Shown here: piece after piece, positions 36,561 to 50,169 of the stretch
How positions within the stretch are numbered: position 1 is the stretch's first letter
Layout of the letters: every line of letters begins with the position of its first letter
From: Lama glama
Taxonomy: Eukaryota
Direction: 5' to 3'
Assembly: GCA_028534125.1 (NCBI GenBank)
Contig: CM052817.1
Location: 98,954,001 to 99,018,000 of the forward strand
Length of the DNA stretch: 64,000 bases
Program-made: the position numbers and the translations under genes
Notes under the pieces: model-generated
Seen by the model: the letters and a program-made list of their open reading frames with translations, nothing else
The model's database searches: none
Told to the model about the DNA's origin: nothing

Positions 36561-37769
36561 AAAATGTATTTCTTAGAATGACACAGAGAATCCTTCAATA
36601 CCCAGCTCAAATGTCTCTTAAATATACCTTCATCCCCTGAATGAAGTTAGTTGCTCTGTCAGCTATGCTCCAATTTATCACATTCGCTAATGATTATTTT
36701 CATTAATAAATGGTAAATTCCTGGAGGGTAGGGATTTTATCCTGCTCATCTTTTTATCTTCCCCAAATTGAGTGTAGAGTTGGGCACATGATAAGAACCA
36801 ATAAAAATCTGCTGAATGAAACACTGGACTTTTAGAAGTGATGGAAGAAATGTGCTGAAAATATTTTTTAATGCTTTTCTCTACATGCAAGTCATGCATT
36901 ATAATAAAATTTCTCCTTCACCTCTACAACTCCAGACCCTGATTTCATAATTTATATCTTTTATGGCATCATCGATCTCAAGTTGTCTATAACCACTAAT
37001 TTCTTTGGAAATGAAATGCAGATTCTATCAACCAGTGCTAGATTATGAACATTTAATTCATGAATTGCAGACACTTTTACGTAAAGAGTAGGCTGAACAC
37101 ATTTTCACAGGAGTAATAAATAACTTCAGATGTCCTTGTAAGAAACTCAGCAATAGGGCTCACCTATTAATTTTCTCTACTGAATGCATTTCCACATCAA
37201 AAAAGTGTTACCTATCATTATTTTATGTTACCACAGTAGAGAAGATTTAATCTTCTTTTATATCACAATTCCCTTGCCTCAGTGGCCATGTGATCATTCA
37301 GAAGTACACATATTTTAAATCTGTCATAATGCTTTAAACCTACTTCCCTTATTCAATATCTGCTGTTTATTTACTGCCAGGAGAAATTAAGTAACTTAAC
37401 CATGGTCACAAGTTAGCTAACACTAAAGACCTAGGACTACCCTCCTAATATTGTAAGTGTTAGTAAATATATATCATACATGTTCATGTGTGTATCACAT
37501 TATTTTACAAAACTACTGAAGTACTTAATATGGAATCCATTACACATGATTATTATGTTTCTCAAATTTACCTGAATTCAAGTTGTAAGTCTATCAATGA
37601 ATATTCTATGAAATCATATAAGGTCAAAGCCACCATTTAAAAGTAACAAGAGGGAGGGAAAATAAGGTTAATAACAGTAGGTCTAAAACATGACAGAGTA
37701 AAGAGAGTCATAAAAGAAATATAATTACACCCAGATTTCATAGAAACAAAAAAGACCTGGCAGTGATGA

Positions 37770-38050
37770 CTATTTTATTATATATCAGAAGGACTAAAGT
37801 GAGATTTAAATTTGCTTTTTTGGGATCTTGGGGGTAGAATGAGGATCAATGGGAAGAAATTACAGGGAAAAGATTTCAGTCAGTAAAAGAGATATTTAAA
37901 AACAGAATGTTTGAGACAGAAAATTCTGTGATAATATATTACAGTCATAATTTCTATGTAAAGCAGAGGTCTTAATAGTAAGATTGGCAGGGAGTCATTC
38001 TGTAAGAAGGAATTCCACCTGAGACCAGAGTGGGTACCTGAATAAACACC
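37770..38050 (+). mobile_element. L3/CR1 3' fragment
   Basis: 'agaatgaggatcaatgggaagaaattacagggaaaagatttcag...aagcagaggtct' resembles the L3 consensus. Confidence 0.6.
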
Positions 38051-38399
38051 ATTATATATTCAGAGTGATGATTTAAATGCAGGCTAATAATATGACAGCA
38101 TGGTCCATTTGAAAGACAAATTTATCAGGAGCATAGCATACATAAATGTAAAAGAGGTTGGAGAACCAGAAGGAAGCTATCAGATAGTCCAAATAAGAGA
38201 TAAGAAAGGGTAGTGTGCTGAAAATGAGCCAGAAGAGTCAGGAAAAGATGTTCTATCTTAATTAGTTATATGTTAGTATATCTACTGCTGTACTTTTAAG
38301 ATAAAATAGGATTTTAAAAATAACTTAATAAAACTATCTTTTATCATATTATTTATTGTAATTTCTTAAAGTATTTTGAAATATATATTAAAAATATAA

Positions 38400-39035
38400 T
38401 TTCCACTATAATGTGTTTAAAACAATTGAATTTCTTTCTCAAAAAGCCTATTTCGTCCTCTTCCTGTAATACTTATTTCAGTTATTAGGAAGATAATTCG
38501 CCCTGTAACCTTTTAAAAATCTCAAGGTCACGTTCAACTTCTTCCTCTTATGTCGGTTATTACACAGATACTGAGAATGTCTTGTCCCTCTGCCACTGTT
38601 TTAACTAAGGTCATCACCATCTCTTGTTTTGTTCCCTTTAATTAAGCCTCCTAACCAATTTTCCTGTATCCACTCTTTCCCAAGTCTAGTCCAAATTCCA
38701 CACTGCCATCTTAATTATGAATAAATTAAATATAATAGTATGTCCCATCTCTTTCTAGTGGTTCCTCACTGTCTATATATAATACCAACTCTTTAGCAAG
38801 ATATAAAGAACTCCTCATGAACGTGGTCTCAGCCTACTTCTCAAGCCTCAACCTTGGCTATTCTTTCCCAAGAATCCTATGCTACAGACATATAGAAAAT
38901 CTCGTTATTCCCAATCATTTCATATATCTTCTAGACTATAAGCTTAGTTATTTCACATGATGCTCATCAAATGTTAGTGCCTAAGCAAGGGACATTTTAA
39001 ATCAATCTATATTTAGTAAATAAATCAATAAACTT
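38400..39035 (+). mobile_element. L2 fragment
   Basis: 'gccactgttttaactaaggtcatcaccatctct...gcctcctaacc...ctagactataagctt...atttagtaaataaatcaataaa'. Confidence 0.55.
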
Positions 39036-39322
39036 TGTATTCTATTAGTAGTTGATTCTTTTGAGTGATTGAAAAAATTTCCCTCAACATCTTTTCCTGT
39101 AGACTACAAAACTTTTTCTAATGTACAATATATCATGTTATAATACTCCAAGCATAATGTATTTATATTTGTTATTAAAATAAGAGCTAAAAATAGAAAT
39201 TCGAGAAGGAAAGAGAAAAACGAAAACACCCAAACATCAACTATTAAGAAGTTCACGTATTCCTTGATAATTTTAATATCACGTGTATATTATGTGTATA
39301 TACTTAGATATACACATAAACA

Positions 39323-42300
39323 ATTTTATTTTTAATTTTTTTAGCTTTATTGAAGTACAACTGACAAATAAAACTATATATATATTTAAGGTGTACACTG
39401 TGAAATCATGTATGTATTCTCTGTGAAATGATTACCACAATGAGGTTAACACATCTATCACCTCATGTAGTTTTACTATTTTTTTGAGCATATATATTAA
39501 AAATGCTTAAGGTCTATTCTTTTAGCAAATTTCAAATACACAATACAGTATTATTAACTATAGTTTTAACTAACTATAGGTTTTCATTTGTATGCTGGAC
39601 ATTGCCAGAGCTTTTCACCTTACAACTAATGCTTTTATCCTTTGAGTAGTATCTCCCCATCTCTTCTGCCCCCCCGACACTGGTAACCACCATTCTACTC
39701 TGTTTCTGTGAGTCTGACTTTTTTTTTTTTTAAGAGTCCACGTGTAAGTGAGATCATACAGTACTTGTCTGTCTCTGCCTAGCTAGCTAATTTCACTAAG
39801 CGTAATATTCTCTAGGTTCATCCATGTTGCTGCTAATGGCAAGATTTCCTTCTTATTCATGGCTAAATACTATTTCACTGTGTATGTATCATATCATCCA
39901 TTTATCTGTTTTGGACACTTAAGATTATTTCCACAACTTGGCTGTTGTGAATAAAGCTGCAACAAACATGGGAACACACATATCTCTTTGAGATCCTGAT
40001 TCTGTATCCTAAGGATATATACTGAGACATGGGATTGTTGGATCATATGGTAGTTCTCTTTTCAAGTTTTTGAGGAAACTTTATATTACTTTTCATAATG
40101 GCTCTTTCAATTTACATTCCCATTCACAGTGTACAGGATTCTCTTTTCTCCACAGTCTGGACAACACTTGTTTTACATTGTCGTTTTGATAAACGCCACT
40201 CTGACAGGTGTAAGTGATATCACACTGTGCATTAGATTTGCATTTCCCTGATGACTGCTGATGCTGAACACCTTTCCACGTACGTATTGGCCACTGGTAT
40301 GTTTTCTTTGGAAAAATGTCTATTCAGGTCCCTTGCTTATATTTTAATCAGGTTTTAAAAAGTTAAGTTATATAAGTCCCTTATATATTATGGATATTAA
40401 CCACTTATCAAATATATGATTTGAAAATATTTTCTCCCGTTCCACAGGTTACTTTTTCATTTTGTTATTATTTCCTTGGCTATGCAAAAGCTTTTTAGTT
40501 CGATGTAGCACCATTTGTTTATTTTTGGTGTCATACCCAAAAACTCATTGCCAATAGCAATGTCAAGGAGCTTTTTCCATGATGTAATCTTCTAGAAGTT
40601 TTACAGTTTCATTTCTCATGTCTAATTATTTACAATAGTTTCTTATGATACTTTGCATTTCGGTGGTATCAGTTGTAATGTCTCCAAATTAATTTCTGAT
40701 TTTATTTGCAACTTCCTTCTTTTTTCTTAGTTAAGTCCAGCTAAAAGTTTTTCAATTTTGTTAATATTTTCCAAAAAAAAAAACCAGCTTCTAATTTTGT
40801 GGATCTTTTCTATTATCTTTCTGGTCTCTAATTCATTTATCTCTGCTCTGATCTTTGTAATTTCCTTCCCTCTGCTAACTTGGGGTTTAGATTGTTCATT
40901 TTCTAGTTCTTTGAGGTGTAAAGTTGTTTAGTTGAGATTCTTCTTTTTTCTTAATGCAGACATTTATCACTATAAACATCCCTCTCAAAACTGATTTGCT
41001 GCTCTCCATAGTTTTGATATACTGTGTTTCATTTTCATTTGTTTCAAGATTTTTAAAAAACTTCTGTTTCGATTCCTTCTTTGACCCACTGGTTCAGGAG
41101 TGTGTTGTTTAAATTCCACATATTTGTGAATATTCCAGGTTTCCTCTTATGAATGATTTTTAGTTTTATGCCACTGTCATCAGAAAGAAACCTAGTATGG
41201 TTTTAATCTTCTTAGATTTGTCAAGATTCGTTTTGTGACCTAACATATGATTTATTCTGGAGAATGTTCCTTGTGCATGTGAGAAGAATGTCTGCTTTGC
41301 TGCTGGTGGATTAAATGCTCTGTATGTATCTGTTAGGTCCATTTGTTCTAATGTTAATTCAAGTCCAATGTTTTGTGTCAGGATAATCTATTCAATTGTT
41401 AAAACTGGAATAATGAAATCTCATACTATTAATATATTGTTGTCTATTTCTTTCATCTTTTTCATTTCTTTTTCTTTATTCTATTCTGGATAATTTCAAA
41501 TGACATATGTTCAACTTCACAAATTCTTTCTTCTGCTTGATCAAGTCTGCTGTTGATGCGCTCTATTGCACTTCTCATTTCATTTATTGTATTCTTCAGC
41601 TCCAGAATTTTTGGGTTTTTTTTTTTAATGATTACTACCTCTCTGTTAAACTTCTCATTTTGTCCATATATTGTTTCATGACTTCTTTCTGTGTTTTATT
41701 ATAGCTGTGATTCCTAAAGCAACTATTTTGAATTCTTTATTAGACAAATTGCAGATCTACATTGCTTTGGCATTGCTTACTGGAAAATGACTGTGTTCCT
41801 TTGGTGGTGTCATGTTTCTTAGATTTTAAATGTTCCTAAACTCTTGCAATGCTGTCTTCACATTTAAAGTAGTCACCTCCTTTAGTTTTCACTAATTGGC
41901 TTTGGGAGAGAAATACCTCTGTTGGCCTGCTAGGCATTCTGAGGCTTTCTCATACTTTTTCTAAGGATGCTCCTGCTCCACACTTGTCCCCTCTTCGGTG
42001 ATAATTCTTAATATTGAATGCCTTCTCTTTATGCTACAAAGCCAGGCTATGTGCTGACAGCCTCCTGTTTGCTTTCCCTAAAGTGATACTGAACGTTTAT
42101 GGGCTTTCTCCTGATCCCACAGAGTGGAGCCAGCTCTCTGCATGTGCTCGCATGCCATCTGCAAAGATGTGCACTCTGCCTTCAGGGGCATGCACAGGGA
42201 GATACCTACAGGGCAGGAGGATATGTGGGTGAGGTGCATGGAGCATTAGGGGTGCCCGTGGGCCAGCTGAAGGCACATGCAGGAGAAATATTTCCAGCAG

Positions 42301-42763
42301 CTTACAGGTGAGCTTCCTTATGAAGCCCATGAAGCAGTCAGTAGGATCTGTGTCCTTCTGATACCCTCTGAGAATCCTTCTGTTATTGTCTCTTTTGCTT
42401 CCCACTCCCCATAGCACAGCACACCTCAGTATCCTGGATGGAATGAGGAAGAAGTGGGCCTCTTTGGCAGTGTCCAACACAGGTGGAGAAGCTGGACACT
42501 CACTCACACTCCACTTCTCCCTGAGAGTGCAGCTGCTTCTTTGGGGGATAGGGGATGGGGGACATGGGAAAGGGAAACTTCCTCTTATTCTCAATGCATC
42601 CAACCTGGGAATTTTTATCCTCCAACACTGTGCTGGAACTTCTCTGCTGGACTCTCAGACTTCCACAAAGGCACTCCTATCCTTGGTGACTGCAAAAACC
42701 AGTGTTCTTTGAAGGCAAGATGGTAGAAAACTCCTATTTCACCATTTTTCTGATGTCATGCTC
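39323..42763 (-). mobile_element. L1 (L1MA9/L1M3-like) with both termini but two large internal deletions
   Basis: Poly-T, 3' UTR and ORF2 end at 39323-40620. ORF2 EN/linker at 40620-41455. ORF1 coiled coil (EMRSAIERINSRLDQAEERICEVE) and GC-richer 5' UTR at 41455-42763. The 5' end reads GAGCATGACATCAGAAAAATGGTGAAATAGGAG. Flanking cataaaca repeats at 39315 and 42764. Confidence 0.85.
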
Positions 42764-43024
42764 CATAAACATGTAATTCTGCATCCTGCATCTTTGTAAC
42801 ATGAATTTTCCTTTTCATTAATTTCTAAATCAATATATGAATTTTTAGGTTTTAATTTATTTGATGAAAATTGATAAGAGTACTTTTTTGTCACTGAACA
42901 CTAACTGCATATTTTCACTCAACACATAGGACATAAGACGTATTCTGATAATAGGTCTGATCTCATTCGTATGAGTAAAATTTAACTCATATATATGCAG
43001 TAGTATAACTTCATTGCAGGCACT

Positions 43025-43263
43025 ATAGTACAGAACTTAGTAACACAGATTTCTTGCTTTGAAACTCCAGCTCAACACCGATTAATTCTGTGACTTTGGC
43101 AAGTGACATAACCTCTCTGTGCCTCAGTTTTCTAATCTACAGAGTGGGGCAATAACAGCACTCACCTCATACAATTATTGCAATGATTAAATGAGTTAAA
43201 CCAAAACTACTTACAATAATGGTGATGCATACTATGTGCTCAATGAATACTAGCTATTATTAT
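43025..43263 (+). mobile_element. MIR SINE
   Basis: 'ctgtgactttggcaagtgacataacctctctgtgcctcagttttctaatct...gattaaatgagtt...ctcaatgaatactagctattatt'. Confidence 0.9.
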
Positions 43264-44494
43264 CTTTCTAAAAATCTAAACTTTAATGAAAAATCTTACT
43301 GAACACAGTATGAATAAATTTTGTTTATGGAAAATATATAGTGAGCATAACACAGAATTACAAAGGATATATTTCCATTTGTAATATACAAAAATATATT
43401 TAAGCATCTTCTCTATTGAAGGAAAGATTTTTTTTTTAAAAGGTAAAAAGAGGAAAATAAGGGAACATCAGATGTTCACCAGAGAATTTTTCTCCCCAGA
43501 TATTCATTTGGTTGAATAGAAATATGTGAGATGGTGAAAGGTACAGTCCTAGATAAGCATGGGACTGAAAAAGTAAAATGGATAAAGAGTTCATTGAGAA
43601 GGAAAACATCACAAATACTATATAATAAATAAGCATGACCTAAAGGAAATGCAGTATAACACTTTCTCAGAAAAATGCTGTGAACACAGAGGAAAATAAG
43701 CCAGTTGAGAGAAGTACATTTGATGAGCACATGAAAAAGAAAAAGTAAATGCTGCTATACAAATAGTCTGTACTTCTTCTCTCAATATTTCTCCTATGCT
43801 GAACAAAATAATAATTTGGTTTTTATTAGAAAATAACTATTCATTGTGATTGATACAAAACATGGTTTATAGAAAAAATTCTTTTGTGGTTTTGAATAAT
43901 TTAAAATATTATATTTTGTAAGTAACAGAAAAATATTAATTCAGAGACATTCATGATGGTAGAAATCTTACATGTATTCATTTGAAGTAGCTTTTCCGTA
44001 TTGTTTTTAAAACTGTAACTCACATTGTGAAATATAAATAGATTACAAGAAATGAAATATAAAACCTTAAAATGCAAAGGAAGCAAGGTTGCTAGTTAGC
44101 TTTAATACATTCTTTATCTTTTCTTTACAACATGCCTTATAATTGCAATTCATGTATTTTCTGCAGTAATCATGTACTTAGCCAGAAACTACCTGTTTTT
44201 TATTGAAATACCATGCTTATCCCACATGTACTATTTTGTGCAACATATTTCATGAATCTCACCATTGCACATGATCTCTCACACTAACCGATGAGTACTC
44301 AGGTTTGACACCCAGAGACACTAAAGGCTAAATTCCTCTCTCCTATAATCACGGCAGAAACTACTAATCATTCATGGCATGTTTCAGGCAGATGCTGCAA
44401 AAGGAGCAGAGTTGGCCATCAAGGAGAAGACTACGTTCTACTTTTGTCCTGGAGCACTTTGGTTCTGTCTGATACTTTTGGATGACTCATCCAT

Positions 44495-44647
44495 TTTCAT
44501 TCATTCTTTCAGCAAACATGCCCTTGGTGCTATGGGCCAGATAACTGTGATAGGCTTGAGGATGCAAAGAAAAATAAGAGAGGTCCTCAAGTGGCTCAAC
44601 ATTTTGTGGAGAAAACAGGCAAGTGGGAAGTCCACCAAAATGGTACA

Positions 44648-44686
<39 letters not shown>

Positions 44687-45050
44687 CTAAAAGAACACAC
44701 AGGAAGGGCATCTAAGGCAGACTCTGTTGGTGGTGGCAGAGTGCTGAAGCGTGGAGGGAGGTATAATTAAAGCCTCTCCAGGGAATTCTGAAAAATGTGC
44801 ATAAATTAGCTAAAAAAAGCTTGGGGGTTGAAGGAAGGGAGGAGAGAAGGGGGAAGGAGAAGTATCCATGTGGCTACTGGGGGAGCAATGTGGAATTTTT
44901 GTAAGTAGCTTATAAAATGTGAGAGAACATAGCACTTTTAGAAAAGTGTAAGTTGCTCAGTATGACTAGACTGTCTTTTGTAAATAATGAATTTGGGGAA
45001 GTATGCAAATAGACTGTAAAGAACTATGTATGTCATGTTAAGAGTCAGGA
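44495..45050 (-). mobile_element. L2 fragment containing a GT microsatellite
   Basis: 'ttcattcattctttcagcaaacatgcccttggtgctatgggccag' plus L2-like purine-rich body. Confidence 0.6.
44651..44684. repeat. (GT)17 microsatellite
   Basis: Perfect GT run read directly. Confidence 0.98.
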
Positions 45051-45436
45051 AGGCTATAATAACCACCAAGGTAAAAGCAGTATTTGTGAGCGTCTCCAAT
45101 TTAGGGAGGATACACACAATTTAGAAGTATCTTGATATAGCATACAGAAAAATAGTTTGTTTTATATAATCTCATAGGGTGCTGAATAAAGTGGTCTCAG
45201 GATGATGCAGAAATATGTATAACTGATTTGCTTCTGACATGAAGATTAAATTTCTTCAAGGAATCTGGGTTACAACTCATGCCTTTTTACTTTTAAGAAG
45301 GATCTGAATCAGAATCCATAAAATACAATTTTCAGGCATACAGAATAACTGTAATATAATTTAATGAAAATAAAAATGAGAGGATATCATAAAAAGACAA
45401 TTTCAAAGAACGTTCTGGAAAAGACAGGTTAACTGG

Positions 45437-45877
45437 TTGTTAATGGGTTAAGTTGTGGTCCCCTAAACAAAAGATGTTGGAGTTGTAACCTCCAGTACCT
45501 TAGAATGTGACCTTATTTGGAAAGAAAGTCTTTACAAAGGTAATGAGATTAAAATGAAATCAGTAGGGTGAGCCCTAAGTTAGTGTAACTAGTGTCCTTA
45601 GAAACGGAGGAAAATCTGGACAGAGGAATGAGCATGCATACAGGTAGAAAGTCAAATGAAGATTGGAGTTGGTTGCTATGAGCCAAGGAACTACCAGAAA
45701 CAGAGCTGAGAGACAGACTTGGAACAGACACTTCCCCACCTGCTGCAGAGGGGGCGTGAAACTGCCAACATCTTGATCTCAGATCTCTAGCTTCCAGAAT
45801 TATCAGACAACAAATTTGTATTGTTTAAGGCACCCAGTCTGTGGTACTTGGTCACAGCAGCCTCAGGAGCTAATACA
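45437..45877 (+). mobile_element. MaLR solo LTR (MLT1B/C-like)
   Basis: TG...CA ends. 'tgttaatgggttaagttgtggtcccc...agaatgtgaccttatttggaaa...tgtggtacttggtcacagcagcctcaggagctaataca'. Confidence 0.9.
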
Positions 45878-45919
45878 ACAGAGTTATAGAAAAAGTAATT
45901 TCTAAGAATCAAACATAGC

Positions 45920-46410
45920 AATTAAAAGCCATAACTTATCCTAGACTGGATCCTGAATTGTAGGGTAAAAATTCCATAAAGAACATTATTATGTCAGCTA
46001 ACAAAACTGACATATGGAAAGTAAATTAGATAAAGGTGTTGCAGTAATTTAAATTTATGAAATGGTGTTACTGTGGTTACATAAGAAAATATCCCTATTT
46101 TAAGAAGATACTTACTGCAGTATTTGGGGATAAAGTACCATGAAGTGTGTAACTTACCCTGAAATGATGCAGTAAAAATATTACATATATATATGAAATA
46201 TATACATATATATTCATATTAGTATGTAAACACAGTGGTTGGGGGAGGGAAGGGAGACAAAAAATGAGGGAGAAAAGCTCATATAAAAAAAAGAGGGGTA
46301 AAATGCTACCAATAGTGAATCAGGGTAAAGAGTACATGAATGCTCTGTGAACAATTTAACTTTTGTAACTTTTTGTAAGTTTGAAACTATTTCCCAATAA
46401 AATGTTAAAA
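45920..46410 (+). mobile_element. Old L1 (L1MC/ME) 3' UTR
   Basis: 'cctagactggatcctgaa...ggtaaaatgctaccaatagtgaatcagggtaaagagtacatg...tgtaagtttgaaactatttcccaataaaatgtt'. Confidence 0.75.
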
Positions 46411-48479
46411 GAATTTTTGAATGCACAAGGTTAGAAATAAAATAGTTTTAGTAGGACACAAATGTGGTAAACAAAAAATACCGAAAGGTAAAATAAAGAA
46501 AAAAAGTGGGAGAGAGGGGAAAAGAAGAAGAGAAGAAAAGAAATATCAGAAATGACTTAAGCTAAAGAAATTCTAAAATGCCTCAGAAAAAACTGAGATG
46601 TATATTTCCACACAAAATAAAAATCAAGTACCACAGTTACAGCATTTAATTGAATATATTATTTAATATTCTAAAAGTAACACTAACTAAATTTGCCTTT
46701 GCTTAAAAACAAGAACATTAAAAAATCTACTTTATAGAAAGTAACCTAACACTTATTTGGCATATCTGTTGATAGAGAGAAAAATGAAAAATGGCCTACC
46801 TTTTCACAGAAACACCGGACTCACACCACTATTCATTGTTTCCTAGCATTGCAAGTACTTTGATATCCATCGTAAGTGTATTTTCTAATGATAATTCCAA
46901 AATAGAGTGAAAAGAATCAACGAGACCACAAAAAATAAGGAATGCCAGAAAAGCAGAAAGCAGTCCTCTTCTTTTTCTTTTTTTAGGGGGATGGGGTGGG
47001 GAGGTGGGTGGGAGGTGTTGTCACATTCTGGTTACCAAGACCAAAGAAATTCGCTGATTTACACAAAATTTTTAGTTGGGAAAAAAATCTGTTTGATATA
47101 CACCAGTTGTTGGCAAATCAGACAGACATAAATACCACAGTAAACAGTCATTTACTGGGTATCGCTGTGCAGAGAGTTGCATGAAAGTAGCCATAGGCAG
47201 AACCAACTTCCCAGCAGAGATGCTGCTTTTCAGATAAACTGCCACTGCAGGTGACATGGCCCAGTGCCAGGAACAAAGGCAGGGAGGGACTGGAGGCACG
47301 TCTTCCCAGCACCACGGAGCACCTCCAGAAGCCACGGTGGTCGTGAGGGGAACTGGGCGGGCAAGCGCTCCTCTGTGAATTCCGCTACCAGTCTCATATT
47401 GTGAGCCCATTAGTCTCACTTTCCTTTTCCAACCATTACCATTAGTCCCTGGCAGAAATGATAACTTCCAGCTGTACCAGAGAGAGCACTACTGTGATAA
47501 TTTACACAAAGACTGAAAATGAAGAAGTAAAGAGTGTACTTTCTAAACCTCTTTCTTTTTTCTATTATGAAAAGTATCTCTCCTTCCACTCTTCCCCTTC
47601 TTGTTACTTCTAACATCTAGAGAACTTAAATTGCTTGGGACAAGCAGTATGTCACCATGAGGTTTCATTTGTTGCTGGGTTTTTTGTTTGTTTTCTTCCC
47701 TGAAGTCAGCGCATCCAGGTACTTCAAAACTTAAAGAAAGAAATTAAATTATGAAAAATTGCTTGGAAATAGATTAGCCATCTGTAAAATAATATCCCAA
47801 GTAATAAATTTGGGAAGAATATCCAAATTCCAATCATGGTGATTCGGGTGAATCTATAAAAGTATGACACTATTAATGTGATTAATAAAGACAGTGCTGC
47901 TCTGTTGGAAAAAAGGCTTAGCAGAAGCAGGATGGTCAACATAGAAATTATCCAAGGGAAGCACAGAAAGTAAGAATTTGACAGTGTGTCCTACACAAAC
48001 CTGGAAGAGAGGATATTCAACCACATAAATACGAATATTCTGATTTTTGTGGCAGGCATTGTATCTCTGCACTGGACACAGAGGCATCTGGCTAACACAG
48101 CCAGTGAGATTTCCTCTGGAATGAACATGTCATTCCACGAGGGCAGGCCCTTGTCTGCCTCGGCTGCCTCTGTATCCCCAGGACAGAGAAGAGCCTAAGT
48201 ACTGAACAAATACTGTTTAATTCATTAAGATCATCCAATTGTCTTTTATTCTAAATCAATATTATCACACAATGAGTTTTTGCTTATATTTGGATTCCTG
48301 TACAGTTTTGGGTGAGAAACTGCTTGGCCAGAAAGAAGAAACATTCTGGTTTCCCTGATAGTTAAATTCTTCATGACAAATAATGTTGCTTTATATGTTA
48401 TAACTTGCAAGTCTGCTTAGTGCAAGTTAATAACTAAAATATTTATCAGCAATTGGCACATGAAAAAAGTTAGAGTTTC

Positions 48480-49520
48480 TGGCTGGCATTGTTAGGCTGC
48501 TTCTAAAATTTTCTGATTTATACTGATTTTATATTTGAATCTCTTTTCTTCTTACATTGAAAGTCTTGATCTTGATGACTTTGACACAATTCCTCATTTG
48601 CTTAATTTACAATACACTCCTATTAGTTTCAAAAGAAACATACCAGCTATATTTAAATAAAAGACTAGGAAAAGAATTTTAAGATATCTTCTGGTTATCT
48701 TGTCTATAAAACATATCCTACTACGGATACACTTAGGGACTGAATTTTTTCCCCTTCTTGATTTTATTTTTTAAGTTATATAAAATATTTAATAGTTTCA
48801 AAGTCACAACTATTAAAGAAAATATTTTCCACCTGTGAATATGACATTTCTTACTTTGGCGAGTGTATCAAAGGGTAAATAGTTAATTTTGATAGAGACC
48901 GGCAAACTTCCCTGGGAGTGTGTCATTTTGCATTCTCATCAGAAACATGGACCAACGCCTCTTTTCCCACAGACTCATCAAAAGAGCAAGTTAGTGAATT
49001 TTTGGAATGTGGCAAATCTGGAAGATGAAGATGGAATTTTAGTTCTATTTATATTTCTTCCATTATGAGTGAGGTTGAGTATTTGCTCATGTTTAAGAGG
49101 CACTGACATTTATTTTTCTGTGAATTGTTGCTCATTTTTCTATTAGATTGTTGGCTTTTAAGAGTTCTCTATAAACGAGCTTCACTAGTTTTAAATCTCA
49201 AATATTTTTATTCAGTTTGTCAATTGTCTTCTGAGTTTGTTTCTGATGCATTTTTAATGTGAAAGTTATCAGTATTTATGTAATTAAAGTGATAAGTTCT
49301 TTCTTTTATTACCTTTGGATTTTCAGTCATAGTTGGAGAAGTTTTTCCCCCCTCTCAGGTTATACAGAAAGTCACTAATGTTTTCTTGTGTTTGTCTCAC
49401 CTTTTCATATTTAGGTATGTGATCCTTGGTTTCCTGTATGACAAACAAATCTAAGGTTATCTTTTTTTCATATGGCTAGCCCATACCATTTATTATAAAG
49501 TCCATCTTTTCTCCACCAAA
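48480..49520 (-). mobile_element. Old L1 (L1MC/ME) fragments
   Basis: 'attatgagtgaggttgagtatttgctcatgttta...ttttctgtgaattgtt'. Confidence 0.65.
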
Positions 49521-50169
49521 TGGAGGTTAGGATGGGGGTTTATATGTTCTCCTCCCTTAACCAACATTGAGCCACTAGAATAGTACAAAAGATGTATTCA
49601 ACAAGCATTCGATGAATGAAAAAATAAATGTGCATTATTTCTTAACTGTACCTCAGGGGATTCTGATGCAGATTATGTTTTCCACACAACATGTTTTAAA
49701 ACACACCTCCGTTAAGGATACAGTTTACATCTGAAACTAGGCTTCTATACGCAAAATAGCATAGACCGTCCACTGGGTAAGGAGAATAACAACCTATGAG
49801 TCACATGAGAAGAAAACCAGATTGAGAATGGGTTATAGGAAGGCCATAAGGTACTATGCAGGGGGGGTTTCTGAAAAGTTTCAAGGAAGAGAAGATTTGA
49901 GAAGAGCTGTTTGCAGGGTTTTATCTTATTTTGTTTTTTAAAGAGGTGGTAGTCAGGATAAGGTTATGAGCTTTACAATATAGTTTGGTTAAACAAGAGT
50001 AGAGTAGGCCCACACTGCAGTGTGTAACAACAGCACGTGGCAGGCACTGGGATGAGCAGGAAAAGCATGTGGAATGACAATGTAGAAGCCAGAAATTAAA
50101 AGCACAGCTATTATAGTTTCCTCTGTCAGAAATAAAGAAGGAAAAAAAAAAAAAACCTGCACTCTCCTC

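Noticed and set aside
42014..42726. Cluster of overlapping ORFs up to 168 aa
   Set aside because: These are chance ORFs in the GC-richer L1 5' UTR.
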